Origin: Epiperipatus broadwayi
Taxonomy: Eukaryota; Animalia; Onychophora
DNA: 64,000 nucleotides
Assembly: GCA_028023455.1 (NCBI GenBank)
Contig: JAQFVV010000006.1
Coordinates: forward strand, 7,502,001-7,566,000
Direction: 5' to 3'
The notes beneath the pieces were generated by a model, which was given only the letters and a program-made list of their open reading frames with translations, had not been told where the DNA came from and made no database searches. The position numbers were made by a program, and so were the translations under genes. Of the stretch, positions 54,237-64,000 are shown piece by piece. Every line of letters starts with the position of its first letter. The first letter of the stretch is position 1.

Positions 54237-55282
54237 GACTTCTATTTATCCTAGTTAAGCTTAGAGAAAATGCAAGAGGTTAAAAAGAAGATTGAAAATT
54301 ATAAAATAACAGATTTAATAAATTAAACAATAATATAAATGTATGAATTGTTACTTGCATGATGTATATAAAAATACATTAAAAATTAATTGATTAAAAT
54401 CCTTGGTATATTAGTAAGAATATTTTCCTCTCTTGCAAGTACTACTTTCAGTATAATGATATTCATCAGGCTAGTACAATGCCTAGTAATAATGATTATG
54501 AGGCTAGCAGAAAGTATAACTCTCTATAAAAATATAATAAGATAAAATAGTCTTTAAGTAATTTATTACAAGACAAAACCATTCTCAATAGCAAGATACA
54601 AAGAATTAGTGAAAGAGAATGTATTATTGACAAATCTTTATTCAATTGCCAGGAGACAAGAATAGAAGATTCCCATCTTATCTTCAATTAAAAAATATCT
54701 AAATACTCAATGAAGAAAAAAAAAATTCCAAAAATAATGGGAGTTTAAAAAAATTTCAAGATTTAAATGATTGGAATTTGAACTGCAGGTTGTGGGTAAG
54801 GCAGACTCGTGAGTCCACATGGGTCGAAAATAAAAGATGTGTAAATATATATGTTTAAACAAAAATTATACTTAACGTGGCAGAATCCTGTAATAATTAT
54901 CAACCCAGCGATCACTGTTATTTAAGCAATTTAATTTCTCAAAGAAGTTACATGACGTTTGTTTAGCAGGAAAGATAAATGTGACATCACAATGCTTTCT
55001 AATCTCGGTAACTGTGCTGATCGGTCAATACTTAGTCTCCCCTTTACTTAACATTAAAATAAAGTTTGACTACAAACAAAAAGACGTGAAATTTTTAAAG
55101 AAATAGTTTGCCACAATCATGTTTAATCAGGCATAGAACTTAGTAACCAAGCTCAATGTTTTTTGGGGTGCTCGGTAGCCAGGGTGCAATTTTAATTCCG
55201 TTCTGATTCTCTATTGCTTTACATTAAGTAGAGTAATATATTCAAACTCATGCAAATTCAGACTTATACATCTGATACTTAC

Positions 55283-55511
55283 TTTAAGTTTAAATTGGAC
55301 TGTCTTAAGAGTGACAAGTTTTGAGACCAACGATGTTCCTAAAGTGACATCCGTAATGGAAAGTGTAACACTGCTAGGTGATAAACTAATATCTTGACTT
55401 GCAGAATCTTTCTGGTTCATCTCCAGAGCTAGTTCTATATTTTTGACATCACAAGACAAAGCCCTAATGTGTAAATTATACATAAAGATGCACATAAGTG
55501 TAAAATACTTC
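55283..55511 (-). CDS. BLTP2: Coding exon, BLTP2-like (KYFTLMCIFMYNLHIRALSCDVKNIEL...SKLVTLKTVQFKLK)
   Basis: TTTTTATAG acceptor and AAA|GTAAGT donor. 229 nt, phase 2 to 0, open frame (lies inside ORF 55211..55528). Confidence 0.75.
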
Positions 55512-55555
55512 CTATAAAAAGTAATCAAATAATTCAGGAAAAAAACCCAACCTAC

Positions 55556-55614
55556 CTATGGCTCTCCGCTCGAATAAAACGAACAATAAAGTTTGATACT
55601 TGTAAATTGACATC
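55556..55614 (-). CDS. BLTP2: Coding exon of a spliced host gene, BLTP2/KIAA0100/hobbit-like bridge-like lipid transfer protein (DVNLQVSNFIVRFIRAESH-R)
   Basis: TTTTTTTAG acceptor and AG|GTAGGT donor. 59 nt, phase 0 to 2, in frame with the next exon across a 44-nt intron. The gene name rests on recalled similarity to human KIAA0100 about aa 290-520, not on a search. Confidence 0.65.
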
Positions 55615-58600
55615 CTAAAAAAATAAATAAACAAATTAATTACAATTTAAATATGAATTACTGAACACTTAACCAAAATAAACAAAAATACTTCTACTTT
55701 CATCATCATTAAATTTCCAAAAAAAGGTAGACTTCACGTGTAATTTTAAACGGCTTTCGCTAATCCACGTCTCCCAAGATATCAGCCAATGCTTTTATTT
55801 TTACTCTTAACAGTTCCTTTACAATTCTGCTAAGAATGGATTTCATTTCTTTTTCATTTCTCCTAATCATTGCAAATGTTTCTATGTTCCTGACCTTATT
55901 CTTCCTAAATTGATGGATAACATCGGAAACACACATATATATTAAAGTTGTAATAATTTAAATAGTATACATATAAAGACATAAAATTTTCACATGCAGA
56001 CATGTTGAATGTTTGTTTGAAGTTTCATACGCTGAAGAAAAAGTGAAAGACCATTTATTTGCACAGCAAAGATCAAAACCGTTTCCCGACCTTTCATTAT
56101 ATAAATGGTACTTTGCCTGTATTTACATATGAAAAAAACCTGAAAGAATATTTATACATACATATAATAATAAGTTAAATCTTTCGTTAAAAATAAATGT
56201 AACCAATGAGAACAAATTTATAGTACACCCCCCAATCGATACCAACTTATAACAATTGCAAATCATCATCTTAATGTAAAAATTTCAGATCATTTCTCTC
56301 ATTATACATATATTTCATGCAAGTACATTTTTACCCGATAAACTAGGGGTTTTGAACATTTGATATTTTTGTATTCCAAACTAAAAACACAGGTGTTCTA
56401 ACATAAATTTCTGGTATTCTAAAATTCTAAATCACTTAACAAAGGTGGCTGTAAAACATATATGTATATATAAATAAAAATATGAATTTAACAGTTGAAC
56501 TTAGGAAATATAAAAGTTCTGAAGAAGATTGCTGGGGCGATCGAAACTGTAAATTGTAAAGAGGGTGGTCAATAAAGCATTGTGTAACAGTAGTAAAGTG
56601 TGTGAATGATTTAGTATTATATGGTATATAGAGAGAAGAATAGTCTCACATTTTATGCTAAATCAATAGTTTATAATTTTAAATTCAATAGACACCACAT
56701 GATCCCAGCCTGCATCATTTTCCAGTAACAAATTCTTAATTTTCTCTCTAAAATAAGGCCACCTGGGATAATATTTAGTAATCAATTGATGCCAGACCAT
56801 AGTGCCAGCAAGATGGCTTGACTGCTAAAGGAAAGGTACATTAATCTAAAAGATCCAAATGCACAGCTCCCAGATCCAAAACTCTCCATTGATAAAAGGC
56901 GTAAGCTAAAAACTAGTTTGGAGATATTGCACGGGGCATCACTGTAAGCACTACCACCTGGTTTGTACTGATTAATAAAGCTTACACTAGGTGGCATAAT
57001 TGCTGAAAGATTCTTGACTTCATTTAAGAAGATACAGTACATCCCATCACATCATCACATCTTCAAAGCTCGTATCTAATAAAAAGTGCTCTGTAAATCT
57101 AATCTGATTAGTTATATTAAAATATGTTATTAAAACAGCTAACCAAACTGCAAATATATGTGCAGATAGATAGTTGAATAAAGCAGTTAATTCCTTCATT
57201 CTCTTCACTGGGTGTTTTTTTAGTTAATTATCCATTTTCAGGGCATCAAAGTATTTGTTGTTTGTTTTTTTCCTCAAAATTATTTTATCGAACATGTGCT
57301 AATTGTAAGTTTAAAAAATATTAAGAAATCAAATATAAATTCATGTTAACTTTAAAAAATAATATATTTTTTAATAAATGCCTTTCACAACATTAAATGA
57401 ATTATTTTTTTACGGATACGTACAAACCATTAACATGTTGCAAACACTGTCATGTATCATAGCATAAACATTCAAGCTATTGGTTAATTATTTTTCTTAA
57501 CTTTTTGCAAAAAATGATTAAAATTTGAAATCTATCGGTGGTAAAATACACAGTTAAATATTTTCAAAATTACGAAATAGTGTCTGTGTGAAGTGTGTGA
57601 TAATTGGCATGGTATGAAACGTTATGTGCAAATGGAGATAATAGAATAATCTCAAAACATGTTCAAAATGAGGATTCTTTTATAATGTTTTTTATTTTGT
57701 TTATTAGTTATGTTAAATTTTATTTAATTACAATCATTTGTGGTTTTGTGCAATTTATAGTGGTTTTGTAATCATCTTTAAAAAAAAAAGGTCAACTAAA
57801 TATTTAATACAATAATTATCTTTTAAAAAAAACCCATATTGTTTAAAATATGATGCCCTGAAAATGGATAACTAATCAAAAATGCTGGTGAAGAGAGTGA
57901 AAAAATTATACATAAGTACCTACATATCTTAAATGTATTATTTATATCAAAAAATCTTTTTGTAATATTTATTAAGGCTAAAACCTTAAGAATATGTGCC
58001 TAAAAAATGACAGTAAGGACCCCTGCAAATCTTTAACACAAGATTTATTTAAAAGACAAGAGCGGCTATTCCAACCCTTCATCAGCTCAAAAATCAGACC
58101 AACCTCTCACACTATAGTTACACTAGAAACATACATTTTTTCAAGTAATTGATATAACACATTCCAATTCAGCTTCATACATTATTTTTAGAGATATTTA
58201 AACTTAACTTCACATAATATGTATTTAAATATATTTGTATAGTTTTCTTATTTACCAACATCTGAAATAGCCACCATAAATAACTAAAACTATTTTAACT
58301 TCAGCAGTAGCAAAAAAAAGACAAAAGACAAAGAGTAAGACATTAGAAACAACGATACCAACAATAAAAACAGTCAGAAGGAGTACGAATGGAAACTAAG
58401 TGTGGTCACACAAACAATTCTACTATCATAATACAGAAGAGAATTTATTTCATGAGAGATGTATGTTGACCAGAATTTACACTAATGTAATTGGTAAAAT
58501 AAGATACAAAAATTGAGATATGGAAAAGAAACAATTGATTTTGCTATAAATGCTTAATTATAAATTATCAACCAGATTTATATTATGGAATAAAGTTAAA

Positions 58601-59059
58601 AGATGAAATATTTCTAAAAGCAATTTGTTCACTTTACACCAGAGACATCTATTGTAAGCTTGAGAAATCATTCCATTTGAAGGCAGCACAATTATAACCA
58701 CATCCAATGGAAACCACATCCAATGGATTCCATCTATACAATCTTACACTAGGTGATTTTGGTATAAAAGTGAAGACAATTGCTCTTAATATTTTATATA
58801 TAAACCATGATCATTAGGTGATGCTTGCTGAGATGAAATAATATAAAATTAACCGAATTTAATGCTATAGTTAATATGATGCAATATATTGTAGAGTTTG
58901 TTTTTGATTGTTGTTTGTTGAATTAATTGCAAAGTATGGTTACAAAGGTTCCACAACTCTTTTAAAAAAATTTATATTTTATGGATTTTTATTAGTGCAG
59001 CCCTTATCACAATTCAACTATATTGTAATCATCCACCCAATGCAGAAAAACGCACAAAC

Positions 59060-59241
59060 CTCTTTCGTTAGCATCAATTTCATAAAGATTTGCTCTCCAA
59101 GTGATATAGAGGTGTCAAACTTCCCAATGTTTACATCAATGTAGACAACTCCACATCTCTCATTACACCTACTGAAGCAAAATAAAAACTGGTTTATATT
59201 GACTTTTAGCACCTTCTGGAAGAGAATGAATAAACATTGCA
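59060..59241 (-). CDS. Tentative upstream exon of the BLTP2-like gene (V-QCLFILFQKVLKV...VYIDVNIGKFDTSISLGEQIFMKLMLTKE)
   Basis: CTCTGCAG acceptor and GAG|GTTTGT donor. 182 nt, phase 1 to 0, inside ORF 59018..59293. The KVLK motif resembles the recalled human sequence; similarity is weak. Confidence 0.4.
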
Positions 59242-60299
59242 CTGCAGAGATATATGTATTTCTAGATTTTATTTTTATCTGTGAATCTCTCATTTCAACT
59301 CCATCATAACCCTTGTTGAATACAGAAAATCATACTTCCCTGTCTCTGTGCATACCTTCAATGAACAACCTCTGCTCTTCAGATGAGATAGAGATATCAA
59401 ATACACAAATCTCCAAGCATATAATCAGCTCAATATTTGATATTACCTCTCATGCAACTAACTTTTAAAACCTTAAAGAAGGGAGAGAGTAGTGGATAGC
59501 CATTGCACTATAGCTGCATATTTTCTAGATTTCATTAGTGCAACTTTCATCTTCATTTATTGCCAATATTCAGTGGAAAATACAATCAATGGAAAAGGAT
59601 GCACTCTAGTGTTTATTTCCACAACTATAGATTGAAGATTTTATCAAGGGTGTAAATTGTCTAAAAATCATGAATTAGTAAAAATGTTGACACAAAATGC
59701 AGATGCTCTAGTAAAGAAACTCCATCAATACTATTTCCATAGTATAATTTAATTAAAACTTCTCCAGCCAAATGAACAACAACCGTTTGTATTATTCACT
59801 TATCAACTCTTTATTTTACTAAGTATTTAAAAAGAGAAGCTGACCAAATTGAGTAGGGGGAACCTTTGTCACGTCTGAAAACACTTGATTAAGACTGACA
59901 AAAATGAAAAAGAAGAGGTTTCACCACATCATAATTTGAATAATATCAAGACAAATTTAATTACATCATGAGCGTTAGGAGTGCTTAGATAAGAAAATCT
60001 TAAGTTTCGATGTTTGTTATATTATTATGCTAAGCCACTTTCGATATCTTGATACGATATCATATTGCTAAGAATATGATATCAGATCAAGATATCGATA
60101 GCAACCAAGATATCGATAGCAACCAAGATATCGATAGCAACTTAATATATTATAACAAACATTGAAACTTAAGCTTTTATTAACAATAAATATGATGTCA
60201 GATTAAGATATGGAAAGTGGTTTAGTATAATATTAAAACAAAAGTTGAAACTTAAGTTCTTCTTGTCTAAGCGATCCTAGCCTTATAATTTAAGTGAAT

Positions 60300-60605
60300 T
60301 ATATAAGGTATATGAGCACAGACTTTCACACCACCTACCACTCTCCACTCTATCTCATAACACTGATGCACTTGAACACATATATGTTGAAAAAATAATC
60401 ACCAATATATGTATTTCATGCTAACCCAGCAATCATCAGTTGGTCCAGATTACCATCTCTACACATATATGCTATAAGTGCTCAGACATATATTAAGATA
60501 GCCAATCTTCATACTTTAATGGACAGGCTTCAATCTACTCCTCACTCCAAATCTTCAACCATCCATCCAATTGAAAATCTGATGGTGGAATGCTCAAAGG
60601 CCACC
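60300..60605 (-). mobile_element. Near-full family A unit; further copies at 62035-62385, 3270-3430, 41640-41800, 13180-13390 and 2040-2170
   Basis: Colinear similarity among copies read by eye. The 62168-62210 core is CAGAAGA and the 3369-3410 core is deleted. Confidence 0.75.
60401..60444 (-). ncRNA. Type I hammerhead ribozyme, family A
   Basis: Minus strand reads ACCAA-CTGATGA-TTGCTG(GGT)TAGCAT-GAAA-TACATA-TA-TTGGT. Confidence 0.65.
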
Positions 60606-60699
60606 CTGAGGCCGAGATTCTTGTCACACCCATGTTGACCCAAGGCCAATAACAATATATGTATATATAATTACAGACAAATTGAATGGGGGGAAATGC

Positions 60700-61460
60700 T
60701 GCACTTGTTACCATATAATAACATGGCAGAATTGAATAGGAAAAAAATCTTTGGCACAACTGAATATGTATGATGTAATATCAATTACACATTATAACAA
60801 GACAGAATTAAGTAGAAAAAAAAACATGTAAATATATATATGATAATGGGGCAGAGTTAAATAAGAAAGGTTTTCATTGGACATCAATGCACAAGGAGTG
60901 GTAGAATTAAATAGAAAAAGATCATCACATCTGACCAAATATGATAATATGGACAATGGAATGTGAAGCCTTTATCACATTTGTAAAGACAAAGTGAAGA
61001 GCAGAATTGATTAAACAAAGACTACCTTCACATCCAAATGTAAATGATAATGTGGAAAAGAAAATAGAGAGATCTTCATTCATATATTAAACACACATAC
61101 AATGTAGAGGAATTCATCCAATCTGAGCATACAAGATATGAATGAGTTGAATAAAGAAAAATGTTTATCTTATTTGAACAAAGAAAATAATTAACAGAAA
61201 TAAATCAAAAGAAGCCATTCTCGCAGCTGATCATCTGTAATGATTATGGAGAATGATTAGAGAAATTCACATTCCAACACATAAAACAATATGGGAACAT
61301 GAATAGAAAGAGACCATCACATCTGAATACACATAATGTGGAAGAGGGAATAGGGTGAGACCTTCTCACGTGAACTCATAAAATGTGGCAGAATTAAGGG
61401 GACAGAAGTCTTCATCACATATAAACATGCATATAAATTAAGTTGGCAGAAACCTTCATA
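60700..61460. repeat. Old degenerate ~55-65-bp tandem array
   Basis: Recurring GATAATGTGGCAGAATTAAATAGAAAAGATCATCACATCTGA variants. Confidence 0.65.
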
Positions 61461-63079
61461 ACATCTGTATGTTGACAGATTCCTCTTTTAACAATTAAAA
61501 AGATATTCTTATTTATTACAATCAACTGGGGGGGGGGGTACTTTTAATAGAAAAAGTTTTTTTTTTTTTTTTGTATGAGAATTTAAACTATTAAAATATC
61601 ATTAACATTATTGAAATACTTTTTAAAAAAAATTGAATGTTTTTACGCTATAAATAGAAATCTAATTCTGTAATCTAAAACAAAAGCATCATTCGTTTTC
61701 TTGATAAAACTTCTTATTCTATTAAAAGTTTTATTTTTGTAATATAAAGTTTTATTACGAGTGTGTGTAAATATATAATTAATTTGAGGTCTGTTACGTG
61801 GAGTGCAAGACCCCTCGGACGCTAACACTGCTGGAGTTCGAACTTGATTAATCTATCATTTTAAACATCACAGGATTATGAATATGTCTAAATTCTCAGC
61901 TTCATATCAAGTCCAGTATTTAGGAAATATGATTTTAATATCTAAGTCGCAGTATTATTTTAATAATAGTTTTATGCTGATTATCAGGATTTACTTTAGT
62001 ATATCAAACTTCGAAAGTTAATTATTATTACGTTTTAAATACAAGTATATTTTATATACCTGGAGTCAGATATAATATAGAGGATTTGAACACAGACTTT
62101 CAAGCTCCCTTCAGCCATCCACTTTATCTCATACAGCCAATACCCATGTGAAAAAGATAAATGATCTCCACTATATATATTTCATGCTGAACCAGCACTC
62201 TTCTGTTGATCCAGCTAATCTGCCACATACATATATGATGTAATCAGTGCTTGGTTTATATTAAGATAACAAACCTTCACACTTTAATGGACATGCTTCA
62301 ATCTACTCCATTGTCCAACTCTTTAGCCACCCATACCACTAAAAATCTGATGATGGAAAGTTCAAATCTCTTCATAATGACAATATTATTGCCATGTCCA
62401 AGTTGACTTTAAGTTCATTAAAAATACATTCAGACTTCTAAAAAATTTTAACATGTGGACATTGAAATCATTTAGAAAAATATCAAATAGATGTCTCATG
62501 TGAAGAATGACTCTTTTGTAACTTGTAAGATACATGGGTGATGTTTATGACAGTTAAACAAGCAGCAGTTTCCAATAACATGAGGTCAAATTCAATGGGG
62601 ATTTCTTGAAACTCATATAAAATCATACTCTAACATAATTTTTCACATGAATGAAAGTTTTTTTTTTTGCTTGATGTAATCTCTATTTACTTTTATTTCT
62701 TTAATTTTCCATTTTACTTCACAAAATATTTCCTAATAAAACTATTATATAACATTTAGGGTATATGAAATCATTCCAACATATAGCTTTATCACTACTG
62801 TTACTTTTTGATAAACAGTTTACATAAATTAACAATATTCTGTGTCTATAAGTAAATAAATGTAACATCTTTTCTTTAAAATATTGTTTATTTATACGTT
62901 CATTACTTTTGCGATTCAATATGTTCAGCATGTATTTCAACGAGCAAACAAAAGTCGCCTATCTGACTGACAATCTTAACTGGGGCTCATATTTGAGGCA
63001 TATGAGCGTGCTGAAAAAATCATGCTAGAGCTTATTTTCAGGTTAGGTCTTATTTGAGGGGAAATACAATATATAAACT

Positions 63080-63700
63080 GAACAATGATAAAGATACATG
63101 TAAGAGACTGTGATCTGTCAACCAATGAGTACTAGTACATCTTAGGGATCATAATCTTTTTCACATCTCTGGTCATATGTTTATGATTGCACCCCTCCTC
63201 AGGGTGTTAAAAGTCGATAGAAACCAATCCCCACCTTACGTGGGAGTGGTGTAGTAAAAATTACACTACAGAAATATTATTCATTAAGTGAATAATCTCT
63301 AGTCTAATGAATGCCTAATAAAAATTATAAATATACTTCCATTAAGGGATTTGGGTCACAGTTGGGAGGGTAGTTAAATTTGACTCTTATTAATTAAACT
63401 GTAGTAATTGACTGTCTATTTATACAGAATAATGATAAAGATATGTGTAAGAGATTGTGATCTGGCCAACTGATGAGTGCCAGATCAGCATGAAATATGC
63501 ATTTGGGAATCATGCATCTTTTTCACCACTTTGGTCATGTATTTATGATTAAACCCCTTCACAAGGTGATAAAAGTGAATAGAAATCAGTCCCTATCTTG
63601 TTTGGGAGTGGTGTAGTGAAAATTACTCTACAGAAATATTATTCTTTAAATAGACCTCTAGTCTAATGAATGACCAATAAAAATTATTAGTTATCTTGTG
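63080..63700 (+). repeat. ~348-bp tandem duplication containing the family A hammerhead half fused to different sequence
   Basis: AATGATAAAGATA recurs near 63083 and 63431. Confidence 0.8.
63465..63507 (+). ncRNA. Family A-related hammerhead in a ~348-bp tandem unit
   Basis: GCCAA-CTGATGA-GTGCCAGATCAGCAT-GAAA-TATGCA-TT-TGGG. The sister copy near 63120 has lost the core. Confidence 0.45.
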
Positions 63701-63990
63701 AAATTTGTTTAAGTCTGAGTTGTCTTTGAAGTCTGTAATAGTTGAAAATTATTTGCATGTACTAGCTTCAATTCGATAAGAGCGTTTTGGAAAATTAGGA
63801 AAATCAAGAGCTAATACTGTCTTTCTTAATAGCTTTTGTCTTTCTTGTTTTGTGATAATACCATATTTTACATCTCACTAATTCGTGATCACTTCTTAGG
63901 TTTAATCTATTAAGTATCTTGAAAAACATATTTCTCTCTTCATCAAAATATACCGCAATTCTGCCAAACTTCCATTTTGATGCATCCATA
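63690..63990 (-). mobile_element. RTE-like APE endonuclease C-terminal remnant
   Basis: ILNRLNLRSDHELVRCKI contains the APE SDH motif. Confidence 0.55.
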
Positions 63991-64000
63991 TTGAATTTTT

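Noticed and set aside
54870-55210. Exon-like segments between the 55283 and 49473 exons
   Set aside because: No consistent frame across candidate splice sites, and the flanking exons already join in phase 0.

Overview
AT-rich animal (invertebrate-like) genomic DNA with no prokaryotic features. Most of the window is intronic sequence of one minus-strand spliced gene. Six exons (55556-55614, 55283-55511, 49316-49473, 20944-21092, 14342-14387, 6879-7002) join in phase into about 255 aa that resemble the N-terminal region of BLTP2/KIAA0100/hobbit; this is a recalled similarity and needs a BLAST check. The introns contain MITEs, decayed mariner/gypsy/RTE fragments and tRNA-like SINE heads, plus two notable things. 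(1) At least three unrelated families of short non-coding repeats carry minimal type I hammerhead ribozymes. Family A has a ~340-350 bp unit, family B a ~455 bp unit, and family C has a 44-bp hammerhead-like module expanded into an 11-copy minisatellite. They recur as partial tandems joined to an inverted fragment, the architecture of Penelope-like elements and retrozymes. (2) A 6.35-kb block (33825-40174) holds three young, 5'-truncated non-LTR retrotransposons from different lineages, linked only by (ATT)n/(AAT)n tracts in a symmetric head-to-head layout. All structures and alignments were read by eye; nothing was computed or database-searched.
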